Assembly (NCBI GenBank): GCA_965214705.1
Contig: OZ243972.1
Coordinates: forward strand, 2,080,001-2,144,000
Direction of reading: 5' to 3'
Length of the DNA: 64,000 nucleotides
DNA from: Alphaproteobacteria bacterium
GTDB taxonomy: Bacteria > Pseudomonadota > Alphaproteobacteria > UBA828
The translations under genes were made by a program, and so were the position numbers. The notes below the pieces were generated by a model. That model was not told where the DNA came from and did no database searches. It worked only from the letters and a program-made list of their open reading frames with translations. Shown here piece after piece: positions 1-9,392 of the stretch (position 1 is its first letter; the number at the start of each line of letters is the position of its first letter).

Positions 1-2073
1 CCGAGATGATGCCACTATATGTGTAATTGAGGCGCTGGAAGCGCGTTGTAGTGCCAGGAGTTGTTAGGTATTGACGATTTTCCCTTGACCCCAGACCCCA
101 AGCCGACAAATCTTGGCCCCTCGCAACAATCTCGCGACGGGCGACATGTTCATCAGGGCAACCAAGACCCACACCACCGACGGCAAGCCCGTCCGAAGCC
201 ATCGCCTCGTGCTTTCCCAGCGCATCGGCGACAAGGTCAGGCAGCGCACGCTCCTCAACCTCGGCACCGACTATCCGGTGCCGAAGGAGAAATGGCGCGA
301 AGTGGCCGAACTCGCCGAGGCGCTGCTGCACGGCCGCCCGCCGCTGCTCCAAGCCGTCCCGGACGTGCAGGCCGCAGCCGAGGACATCGTCGCCAAGCTC
401 AGGGCCAGGGGGTTCCGCGTCGAGGCGATGCAGGAAGAGGCGCGCAAGCCCGAGATCGCCACCGTCGACCTCGATACCCTGGAGCATGAGAACCCGCGCA
501 CCGTCGGCTGCGAGCGCCTGTGCCTCAAGGCCCTCGACGACCTTGGCTTCGCCGAAATCCTCCACGGCCTCGACATCAAGGGCCGCGACGGACGCATCGC
601 CAGCGCGCTGATCGTCGCCAGGATGGTCCATCCCGCCAGCGAGCGTGATACCAGCCGCTGGCTCCGCCACGACAGCGCGGCCGCCGAGCTCCTGGGCCTG
701 GAGGGCGACCGCAAGGCGCTGCGGCGCAAGACGCTCTACCGCATCGGCGACCTGCTCTGGCGCCACCGGGCCGCCATCCAGAGGGAACTGTTCAACCGTG
801 AGCGCGCGCTGCTCGACCTGCCCGAGACGATCGCCTTCTACGATCTCACCAACGTCCACTACCACGGCCACACCGACGGCGAGCTTCCCAGGTTCGGGCG
901 CTCCAAGCAGAAGCGCGACGACTGTCCCCTCATCACGCTGGCGCTCGACGGTGCGGGCTTCCCGCGCAGTTGCGAGATCCTGCCCGGCAACGTGAGCGAG
1001 CCGGGCACGCTGCACGAGGCGCTGGCCCGGCTCGAGGCGGTATGCGGCGGCACGGCGGCGAAGCCCACGGTGGTCATGGACGCGGGCATCGCCACCGAGG
1101 AGAACATCGTCTGGCTGGGCGAGCAGGGCTACGACTGGATCGCGGTCAGCCGCGGTGCCAGGCCTGCGCCGCCCGAGGGCGGACCCGAGGCCCTGCTGAT
1201 CACCAGCGCGCGCCACGAGGTGCGGGCCTGGCGGCTTGCCAGCGAGGACGGCGAGGCGCGGCTCTACGTCGTCAGCGAGGGCAAGAAGAAGGCCGAGAAC
1301 GCGATCATCGGCCTGAGGCGGAACCGCTTCGAGGCGGCGCTGCAAAGGCTCCACGGCGGCCTTGCGGTCAAGGGCCGCCTCAAGCGCTACGACAAGGTGC
1401 TGGAGAGCATAGGCCGCCTCAAGCAGCGCTTCTCCGCCGTCGCCAGGCACTACGAGATCACGGTCGAGAAGGCGGACACCGGCCCCAATGCCACCGCCGT
1501 GCGCTTCAAGCGCAGGCCGCGATACGACGAGGCCGATGAGGGCGCGGGCGCCTATGTGCTGCGCACCAGCCACGTCGACTGGGATATCGAGACGGTCCTG
1601 CGGACGTACTGGCGGATCACGGATATCGAGGCGACATTCCGAAGCCTGAAATCCGAACTCGGCCTTCGCCCGATCTGGCACCAGCTCGACCGGCGCATCG
1701 CGGCCCACCTGCTGATCGCCGTGCTGGCCTACCACGCCGTGCATCTGATCCGTTCCCGGCTGGCCGCGCGGGACATCCACAAGTGCTGGGCATCGATCCG
1801 CGAGAGCATGCGGACCTGGGTGCGGATCACCACGCGCCTGCGCCAGACCGACGGCACCTTAATCGTCAATCGACAGGACACGCGCCCGGCCGCTGAGGTT
1901 GCCGCAATCTCCTCGGCGGCGGGCGTGGAACCCGCCATCCACCGCACGAGGACCCGCCTGCCGAACTGACAGAATCCAACAAAATGTAGTGCCATGTTGG
2001 AACCGGCCGAGAGAAATATCGCGTTACATCAACACGATAAAGGACATGGGTAGGACAAAAGTGCCAACTTGGG
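1..2073 (+). mobile_element. IS1634-family element A, copy 1 (left end outside window)
   Basis: Near-identical to 5325..7478; right IR AAAAGTGCCAACTTGGG ends at 2073. Confidence 0.9.
146..1969 (+). CDS. IS1634-family DDE transposase
   Basis: YDLTN, FGRSKQKR, VMDAG and IEATFRSLKSELGLRPIWHQ motifs; ATG at 146 preferred over TTG at 113. Confidence 0.9.
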   Translation: MFIRATKTHTTDGKPVRSHRLVLSQRIGDKVRQRTLLNLGTDYPVPKEKWREVAELAEALLHGRPPLLQAVPDVQAAAEDIVAKLRARGFRVEAMQEEARKPEIATVDLDTLEHENPRTVGCERLCLKALDDLGFAEILHGLDIKGRDGRIASALIVARMVHPASERDTSRWLRHDSAAAELLGLEGDRKALRRKTLYRIGDLLWRHRAAIQRELFNRERALLDLPETIAFYDLTNVHYHGHTDGELPRFGRSKQKRDDCPLITLALDGAGFPRSCEILPGNVSEPGTLHEALARLEAVCGGTAAKPTVVMDAGIATEENIVWLGEQGYDWIAVSRGARPAPPEGGPEALLITSARHEVRAWRLASEDGEARLYVVSEGKKKAENAIIGLRRNRFEAALQRLHGGLAVKGRLKRYDKVLESIGRLKQRFSAVARHYEITVEKADTGPNATAVRFKRRPRYDEADEGAGAYVLRTSHVDWDIETVLRTYWRITDIEATFRSLKSELGLRPIWHQLDRRIAAHLLIAVLAYHAVHLIRSRLAARDIHKCWASIRESMRTWVRITTRLRQTDGTLIVNRQDTRPAAEVAAISSAAGVEPAIHRTRTRLPN

Positions 2074-3041
2074 ATCAGATCAGAGACTTGCAGGGAGACC
2101 AGTTCCGACCGGCGGAGCATCGCGTCGTAGGCCACGGCGAGTAGCGCGCAGTTTCGATCGTCGATCGTACGGTCGCCCGCGGCCTCCATCAGGCGCTGGT
2201 GCAGCAGCCAGGTCAGTCCCGTCGCCTGGTCCTGGCGGCGCCCCTTGCGCCGGTACATCCGCTTGAGCGCGAGCCGCACGAGCGGGCTCTTCACCGTCTT
2301 CTCAAGCCCCAGGGCCCGGTGGGCGATGGCGATGCTGGTGACATAACGCCGCACCGAGGCCGGTGCCCGGACCTCGCCCATGGCATCGACAAAGGCCGCG
2401 ACTGTCTCCGGCGCCGCCGGCAACGCCCTTTCCCCGCGTTCGTCACACCACCTGGCATAGATGGCGAGATCGCCGCTCTCGTAGGCGTCGACGAGAACGT
2501 CCTGCGCCTGTCCGCTGCCCGCCTCCGAGATGGCGATGGCGACCTTGAGAGGTATCTCTCCGGCTTCCACCGCAACCAGGAGTCGTTCCTCGCCGGCCTC
2601 CATGAGACGGCGGAGCTTGCCGACGTATTCGGCCGAATAGCCGATCTTGGTGGCGATCTTGCTGTTCGAGTAGCCGCGTCCGGCGAGATCGCCGATTGCC
2701 TTGAACAGATCCCCCGGACAAGGCTTGGTCCGTGCGGTGTTCTCGACAAGGCTCGAGAGCAGGATGTCCTCTTCTGACAGATCGGTGACGATCGCCGGGA
2801 TCTCCGTCTGCCCGAGCGCGAGGAAGGCTTCCATCCGGCCCTGGCCGTAAACCAGGTTGTAGGCGACTTCACCGTCGGCGCCGCGGGTCCGGCTCACCTT
2901 GATGGGCTGCTTGAGGCCGACCTTGTCGATGCTGTCGACGATCTCCGCGAATTTTCCGGCGTCCCGGAAGCGGGGATTGAGCACGACGATGCGCTCGATG
3001 GGGATTGTCTCGATCACGATATCGGTGTCGGTATTGTTCAT
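2074..3041 (-). pseudogene. ParB/RepB-like N-terminus fused to a Cre-like tyrosine recombinase fragment, truncated by IS1634
   Basis: GLKQPI...LVYGQGR ParB motif, then AIYARWC...RNCALLAVAYDAMLRRSELV; the last ORF residues are read from the IS end. Confidence 0.75.
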
Positions 3042-4615
3042 AGTGCGATCTCCGAGATTAGGGCCCGCGCGGCCATGGCGTAGAAGTGGTCCAGCGTCTC
3101 GAACCGGAACGCATCGAGCATCAGGCCGTTTTCCTCGGCGAGGCGGATGCGGTTCGTGTCGAGAATAGAAAGCGGCAAGAGGTAGTAGTCGAGGATCGTT
3201 TCATTGGCGTCGTCCATGCGAAGGGCGACCGTGAGGTCGGGTGCGAGGCCGGTGTCCAGCCTGATCTTCCAGCGCCTGGAACCGGTCTTGGTGTGCCGGC
3301 ATCGGGCTACGACGACGGAGGCGGTGAACTCGCCGTTCACGGTGAGAAGATCCGTGACCGGATCCTGCGAGACGGTTCCACCGATCCTTTCAATTTCGGC
3401 GATCGCCGTAGCGACCGCGTCGGCGTGGATCCGCCGAAGCGTCCGGTTGATCTCGATGTAGCGGTAGTCCCGGTCGGGTGTGAAGCCAATCCGCCGGTAG
3501 GCGCGCACCAGGCTGCCGAAGCGCGCGGCGTAGCATCCGCTGGACGGCATGTTGTCGGCCTCGTCGATCACCAGACCGGAGAGAAAGCCCTCCTTCTCGA
3601 GCAGGCCTCTCAGCCGGTTCAGCATCTCGTCGTCGGAGAAGCGGCGGTTGCGCTCCCGGATCATGCCCTGGGCGGTGTAGAACAGCTTCTCGTCGACGAT
3701 CGGCTCGAAGGCGCCGTCGGCCCGGATCCATTCTTCCGGTGGATTGTTCTTGTGTTCGCCTTTCAGCTTGTAGGAGTGCCGGTTAAAGATGCAGTTGCCG
3801 ATATATTTCTCGTTGGTCAGAACCTGGTGGACGGTGCCGCGCGTCCAGGGCCGGCCGAGATCCGTCACGATTCCCTGCTCGTTGAGCAACGCGGCGATCT
3901 CGCCTTCGAGCCTGCCTCCGTCGATGAACTCGCGGTACATCCACCGGACGGTCTCGACTTCCTCTTCCGGTCCGGGCACGAGGATCACTCTGTCCGTTTG
4001 CAGGCTCTTGCGCTGACCCCTGTCAAGAATGCCCTGCGGCTCGCGGCTCTGGTCGATGCGCATGCGGCGCAGTCCATAGCCCGCCATGCCCCCCATGCGG
4101 TAGCCGAGCTCGATAAGCCGGCACTGGCCGGCGAACACCTTTTCCGAGAGCACACGGCTGTGTTCGGCGGCCACATACCGCTTGAGACTCTTGACCACCG
4201 TGGACATCGGGCTGCCGTCGTTGACGAATTGGTCCATGCAGTAGTGGACCTGGACCCTGGCCTTTCTGCAGGCGAATTCGAGGGATGCGCCCTCGTCCTG
4301 ATCCTGAAACCGGCCCCAGCGGCTCACGTCGTAGACGAGGATCGTATCGAAACCGGCATCCGCACTCTGCGCGTCTGCCAACATTTGCTGCATGCCGGGC
4401 CTGTTCTCGTATCGCAGGCCGCTTCTCGCCTCGTCCGAATAGGTGGCGACGAGCTCCATGTCGTTATCGTCGGCGTAGCGCTCGATGACCGCCATCTGGT
4501 TCTCGGTCGAATATTGCTGGAGGTCGGTCGACATCCGGACATAGGCGACGGCGCGTCGCCGCGGCTTCGGCTGTTCGGAATTCGAATCCGGTTTGGGGTT
4601 GGGCTTGCCAGTCAC
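3038..4615 (-). CDS. Large serine recombinase
   Basis: AYVRMST catalytic motif, YDVSRWGRF, recombinase domain WTRGTVHQVLTNEKYIG. Confidence 0.92.
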   Translation of the reverse strand: MTGKPNPKPDSNSEQPKPRRRAVAYVRMSTDLQQYSTENQMAVIERYADDNDMELVATYSDEARSGLRYENRPGMQQMLADAQSADAGFDTILVYDVSRWGRFQDQDEGASLEFACRKARVQVHYCMDQFVNDGSPMSTVVKSLKRYVAAEHSRVLSEKVFAGQCRLIELGYRMGGMAGYGLRRMRIDQSREPQGILDRGQRKSLQTDRVILVPGPEEEVETVRWMYREFIDGGRLEGEIAALLNEQGIVTDLGRPWTRGTVHQVLTNEKYIGNCIFNRHSYKLKGEHKNNPPEEWIRADGAFEPIVDEKLFYTAQGMIRERNRRFSDDEMLNRLRGLLEKEGFLSGLVIDEADNMPSSGCYAARFGSLVRAYRRIGFTPDRDYRYIEINRTLRRIHADAVATAIAEIERIGGTVSQDPVTDLLTVNGEFTASVVVARCRHTKTGSRRWKIRLDTGLAPDLTVALRMDDANETILDYYLLPLSILDTNRIRLAEENGLMLDAFRFETLDHFYAMAARALISEIAL

Positions 4616-5193
4616 TGGGACCTCATCTTCGGTGTCGCCCCGCCCGAAGGCGCGGCGGCGTCCCTTGTTGCGGCAGCGGCGGCATGGTGCTTGCGGGCCG
4701 CCGATTCACGCCCGCACTCGTTGGCCATGTGGCGTTTCAGAGGCTTGGAGATGCCGGATAAGGGGGTCTCGTCTTCGTCGAATCCCTCGGCGCAATAGTG
4801 CACGTCGATACGGGCTCGGCGGCAGGCAAACTCAAGGCAGGCGGCCTGGTCGGGAGTGTGGAAGCGGCCCCAGCGGCTCGGATCGAGGAGCAGAACAGCG
4901 TCGAAATCGCCTGCGCCAATTTCGAGGTCGCGCAACATCTGCTGAAGAGCGGAGCGGCCGTCCGTCGTCAGGCCGCTCCCGCACTCGTCGCAATAGATCC
5001 GAATGAGCTCCATGTTGCGGTCGCGCGCGAACCGGACGATGGCTTCGAGCTGCTCGCGTAGCGTGTCTCCTTCGAGCTGCGTCGCCGAGCGGAGATAGCC
5101 CGCGACGGGCCGTTTCGAGGCAAGTCGTCCCGGCCGCGTGTCGGTTCTCAGGTTTCGATCGAAGGCCACCGAGATCTTCCCCTTCTTGCGCAT
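4612..5193 (-). CDS. Stand-alone serine recombinase catalytic-domain paralogue
   Basis: GYLRSAT, DPSRWGRF, EFACRRARIDVHYC resemble the N-terminus of the next gene; 4-nt overlap; start uncertain. Confidence 0.75.
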   Translation of the reverse strand: MRKKGKISVAFDRNLRTDTRPGRLASKRPVAGYLRSATQLEGDTLREQLEAIVRFARDRNMELIRIYCDECGSGLTTDGRSALQQMLRDLEIGAGDFDAVLLLDPSRWGRFHTPDQAACLEFACRRARIDVHYCAEGFDEDETPLSGISKPLKRHMANECGRESAARKHHAAAAATRDAAAPSGGATPKMRSQ

Positions 5194-5324
5194 GGTTTGC
5201 CGTGCCGAAGCGGCGGTTCCGCCATGCTGTGCAAACCGGGGGAGAGTTCCGGAGGGCGTGGCGAGAGTCCACAACCCAAAAGTAACCTTTCAAATCCCGA
5301 GGTAACCAGTTGGTTACTTCTTGA

Positions 5325-7478
5325 CCCAAGTTGGCACTTTTTCCGGTTGCTCAATGCCGGTCTGCCCATATTTTGCGGACCGAAGTACCACATATTGGGG
5401 TAGCTCCGAGATGATGCCACTATATGTGTAATTGAGGCGCTGGAAGCGCGTTGTAGTGCCAGGATTTGTTAGGTATTGACGATTTTCCCTTGACCCCAGA
5501 CCCCAAGCCGACAAATCTTGGCCCCTCGCAACAATCTCGCGACGGGCGACATGTTCATCAGGGCAACCAAGACCCACACCACCGACGGCAAGCCCGTCCG
5601 AAGCCATCGCCTCGTGCTCTCCCAGCGCATCGGCGACAAGGTCAGGCAGCGCACGCTCCTCAACCTCGGCACCGACTATCCGGTGCCGAAGGAGAAATGG
5701 CGCGAAGTGGCCGAACTCGCCGAGGCGCTGCTGCACGGCCGCCCGCCGCTGCTCCAAGCCGTCCCGGACGTGCAGGCCGCAGCCGAGGACATCGTCGCCA
5801 AGCTCAGGGCCAGGGGGTTCCGTGCCGAGGCGATGCAGGAAGAGGCGCGCAAGCCCGAGATCGCCACCGTCGACCTCGATACCCTGGAGCATGAGAACCC
5901 GCGCACCGTCGGCTGCGAGCGCCTGTGCCTCAAGGCCCTCGACGACCTTGGCTTCGCCGAAATCCTCCACGGCCTCGACATCAAGGGCCGCGACGGACGC
6001 ATCGCCAGCGCGCTGATCGTCGCCAGGATGGTCCATCCCGCCAGCGAGCGTGATACCAGCCGCTGGCTCCGCCACGACAGCGCGGCCGCCGAGCTCCTGG
6101 GCCTGGAGGGCGACCGCAAGGCGCTGCGGCGCAAGACGCTCTACCGCATCGGCGACCTGCTCTGGCGCCACCGGGCCGCCATCCAGAGGGAACTGTTCAA
6201 CCGTGAGCGCGCGCTGCTCGACCTGCCCGAGACGATCGCCTTCTACGATCTCACCAACGTCCACTACCACGGCCACACCGACGGCGAGCTTCCCAGGTTC
6301 GGGCGCTCCAAGCAGAAGCGCGACGACTGTCCCCTCATCACGCTGGCGCTCGACGGTGCGGGCTTCCCGCGCAGTTGCGAGATCCTGCCCGGCAACGTGA
6401 GCGAGCCGGGCACGCTGCACGAGGCGCTGGCCCGGCTCGAGGCGGTATGCGGCGGCACGGCGGCGAAGCCCACGGTGGTCATGGACGCGGGCATCGCCAC
6501 CGAGGAGAACATCGTCTGGCTGGGCGAGCAGGGCTACGACTGGATCGCGGTCAGCCGCGGTGCCAGGCCTGCGCCGCCCGAGGGCGGACCCGAGGCCCTG
6601 CTGATCACCAGCGCGCGCCACGAGGTGCGGGCCTGGCGGCTTGCCAGCGAGGACGGCGAGGCGCGGCTCTACGTCGTCAGCGAGGGCAAGAAGAAGGCCG
6701 AGAACGCGATCATCGGCCTGAGGCGGAACCGCTTCGAGGCGGCGCTGCAAAGGCTCCACGGCGGCCTTGCGGTCAAGGGCCGCCTCAAGCGCTACGACAA
6801 GGTGCTGGAGAGCATAGGCCGCCTCAAGCAGCGCTTCTCCGCCGTCGCCAGGCACTACGAGATCACGGTCGAGAAGGCGGACACCGGCCCCAATGCCACC
6901 GCCGTGCGCTTCAAGCGCAGGCCGCGATACGACGAGGCCGATGAGGGCGCGGGCGCCTATGTGCTGCGCACCAGCCACGTCGACTGGGATATCGAGACGG
7001 TCCTGCGGACGTACTGGCGGATCACGGATATCGAGGCGACATTCCGAAGCCTGAAATCCGAACTCGGCCTTCGCCCGATCTGGCACCAGCTCGACCGGCG
7101 CATCGCGGCCCACCTGCTGATCGCCGTGCTGGCCTACCACGCCGTGCATCTGATCCGTTCCCGGCTGGCCGCGCGGGACATCCACAAGTGCTGGGCATCG
7201 ATCCGCGAGAGCATGCGGACCTGGGTGCGGATCACCACGCGCCTGCGCCAGACCGACGGCACCTTGATCGTCAATCGACAGGACACGCGCCCGGCCGCTG
7301 AGGTTGCCGCAATCTCCTCGGCGGCGGGCGTGGAACCCGCCATCCACCGCACGAGGACCCGCCTGCCGAACTGACAGAATCCAACAAAATGTAGTGCCAT
7401 GTTGGAACCGGCCGAGAGAAATATCGCGTTACATCAACACGATAAAGGACATGGGTAGGACAAAAGTGCCAACTTGGG
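5325..7478 (+). mobile_element. IS1634-family element A, copy 2 (2154 bp)
   Basis: IR CCCAAGTTGGCACTTTT at both ends; 4-bp TSD TTGA (5321..5324, 7479..7482). Confidence 0.95.
5551..7374 (+). CDS. IS1634-family transposase
   Basis: One residue differs from copy 1 (FRAEA vs FRVEA). Confidence 0.9.
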   Translation: MFIRATKTHTTDGKPVRSHRLVLSQRIGDKVRQRTLLNLGTDYPVPKEKWREVAELAEALLHGRPPLLQAVPDVQAAAEDIVAKLRARGFRAEAMQEEARKPEIATVDLDTLEHENPRTVGCERLCLKALDDLGFAEILHGLDIKGRDGRIASALIVARMVHPASERDTSRWLRHDSAAAELLGLEGDRKALRRKTLYRIGDLLWRHRAAIQRELFNRERALLDLPETIAFYDLTNVHYHGHTDGELPRFGRSKQKRDDCPLITLALDGAGFPRSCEILPGNVSEPGTLHEALARLEAVCGGTAAKPTVVMDAGIATEENIVWLGEQGYDWIAVSRGARPAPPEGGPEALLITSARHEVRAWRLASEDGEARLYVVSEGKKKAENAIIGLRRNRFEAALQRLHGGLAVKGRLKRYDKVLESIGRLKQRFSAVARHYEITVEKADTGPNATAVRFKRRPRYDEADEGAGAYVLRTSHVDWDIETVLRTYWRITDIEATFRSLKSELGLRPIWHQLDRRIAAHLLIAVLAYHAVHLIRSRLAARDIHKCWASIRESMRTWVRITTRLRQTDGTLIVNRQDTRPAAEVAAISSAAGVEPAIHRTRTRLPN

Positions 7479-7659
7479 TTGAGAATTATCTGCCTATTTC
7501 GATGAAGTAGAGAAGGGCAAACCGATAATTCCCGGCTGTCGGGCTGGGAGCGCTGCAGTTGCCTCGCCGGGCGTGGTCCCGACGCTGCGAGAGTGCTTGT
7601 CGCGAGAGCCAACCCGTTGCCTGCCTGCGGGATCAATGATCTCAAAGGGAGGAATACCG

Positions 7660-8091
7660 ATGGGTAAGATCGATCAATCGCTTGGCAGAGAACTTCGACG
7701 CAGGCGAACAGCCGATGGAGACACGCTCGATAGCCTCGCGGAGAAATTCGGGGTCTCGGACAAGACTATCGGGAAGTGGGAACGGAGCGTGGCGATGCCG
7801 TCCGCGACGAGCATTCGCATGCTCGGAAGGCTCGGTCTGATCAAAGATTGGTTGGGTCGAAATGGCAGCGGCGACAAGAAAGACGTGCAATCCTCGCATT
7901 CCCAGGAGGACGACAGGGTCATTCAAACGCCGGGGTATCCGGAATCGGAAATGCGGGTCAGGGTGCAAGTGATCCGGGACGCCGAAGACCGTGAGCTCGT
8001 AGCGCTATTCCAAGCATTCTCGACCGATGAACGGAGGACAATTCTGGAGATTCTCCACTTGGTGATCAAAACCCACCGCTCTGGTGACTGA
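7660..8091 (+). CDS. XRE-family HTH regulator
   Basis: TLDSLAEKFGVSDKTIGKWE HTH; GGGAGG RBS before ATG 7660. Confidence 0.8.
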   Translation: MGKIDQSLGRELRRRRTADGDTLDSLAEKFGVSDKTIGKWERSVAMPSATSIRMLGRLGLIKDWLGRNGSGDKKDVQSSHSQEDDRVIQTPGYPESEMRVRVQVIRDAEDRELVALFQAFSTDERRTILEILHLVIKTHRSGD

Positions 8092-8510
8092 CGGCATCGC
8101 GGTGCCAGAGCGAATATGTGCGTGAACTATGGTGCATCGATCTGGATAAGACCCCGCGATACACCTAGATTGTTGCGGAGCGGCGGTTCGACCGGTTGGT
8201 TATGGGTCGCTGGGGGGGATCACAGCCGGTGTAGAGCGCGGCCCACCCACTGAGCTGTCGGTTGAACGTGGGGACCGCCAGGAGGGTGTCGGAGAGCGCG
8301 TCAGCCCTTGGCGATCTTCTCTTCGGTGGCGTTCCTGGCGAGTCGCCCTCGCCCTTTTGGGCCGAGGACGAGGCGCGGGCGCAACTGTTGCCTCACCCCG
8401 GCTGTGGATTTGATGCCGGGAGCCGTTCGCTGAACATCGCCGCCGCACTCATCCTACCAGCGGCCTGCGGCGGGCGTGAGCGGCAGCCCAAGGAAGGCAG
8501 GTCGTTGGGA

Positions 8511-9392
8511 ATGCGGGGAGACAGTTCAGGATCGGCGCTAGGCGCCGAGGTCGTGGCGACGGTCAAATGGTTCAATCCGGTGAAGGGATACGGCTTCCTG
8601 ACGTCGGCGGACGGCTCTCGCGATCTCTTCTGCCACGTGTCGGCGGTAGCCCGAGCGGGGTGGGACAGTCTGCCTGAGGGCGCAACCGTCACGTGCGAAG
8701 TCGAGCACGGCCCTCGGGGCCCGCAGGTCTGGCAGATCCATTCCGTCGATGCCTCGACCGCGTCCACGGGCGCGGCGAGAAGCGGAGGGTCGCGGCGCGG
8801 AGAGTACGGACATATGCATGGTGAGCAGGGTCCGGCTTACGGCCGCCGCGTTGTGGCCATGGTCAAGTGGTTCAATTCGGCAAAGGGTTTCGGGTTTCTG
8901 GTTCCCGACGACGGCTCGCCCGATGTGTTCTGCCATGCCACGGCTGTCAGGGAAGCCGGTTACGACACGCTGCTGGAGGGCGCGACCGTGACCTGCGAGG
9001 TGGCGGAGGGCCAGCGCGGTCCGGCGGTGTCGTCCATCGTCGCCGTCGATTTCTCGACCGCCACGGCCGATGGCGGAGGCCGTGACGAGCGCTGGCTTGA
9101 GCGTCGGGACGGCCGGTGGGGTCACGGCGAGGCGGTCGGGCCGGTCGAGGAGCGTTTCGGCCTTGTCAAGTTCTACAGCTCCGCCAAGGGCTACGGATTC
9201 GTGGTCCCGGACGACGGCGGCCCGGACGTGTTCCTGCACGGTAGTGTTCTCAACCGCGCAGGCCTCGGCGGCCTGGGGACGGGTCAGCGCGTGCGCGTCG
9301 TGGTGGAGCAGGGAGCTCGCGGTCTTCAGGCGACCGAGATAATGCTCTTATCCCATCTTTGCCATTTTGGCGCGCGCCTGCGACCTAAGTAG
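8511..9392 (+). CDS. Protein with three cold-shock domains (C-terminus extended by IS insertion)
   Basis: VKWFNPVKGYGFL, VKWFNSAKGFGFL, VKFYSSAKGYGFV, each followed by D[LV]F[CL]H. Confidence 0.9.
   Translation: MRGDSSGSALGAEVVATVKWFNPVKGYGFLTSADGSRDLFCHVSAVARAGWDSLPEGATVTCEVEHGPRGPQVWQIHSVDASTASTGAARSGGSRRGEYGHMHGEQGPAYGRRVVAMVKWFNSAKGFGFLVPDDGSPDVFCHATAVREAGYDTLLEGATVTCEVAEGQRGPAVSSIVAVDFSTATADGGGRDERWLERRDGRWGHGEAVGPVEERFGLVKFYSSAKGYGFVVPDDGGPDVFLHGSVLNRAGLGGLGTGQRVRVVVEQGARGLQATEIMLLSHLCHFGARLRPK

Noticed and set aside
1-7478. Composite transposon formed by IS1634 copies 1 and 2
   Set aside because: Copy 2 has its own TTGA duplication on both sides, so it inserted independently.
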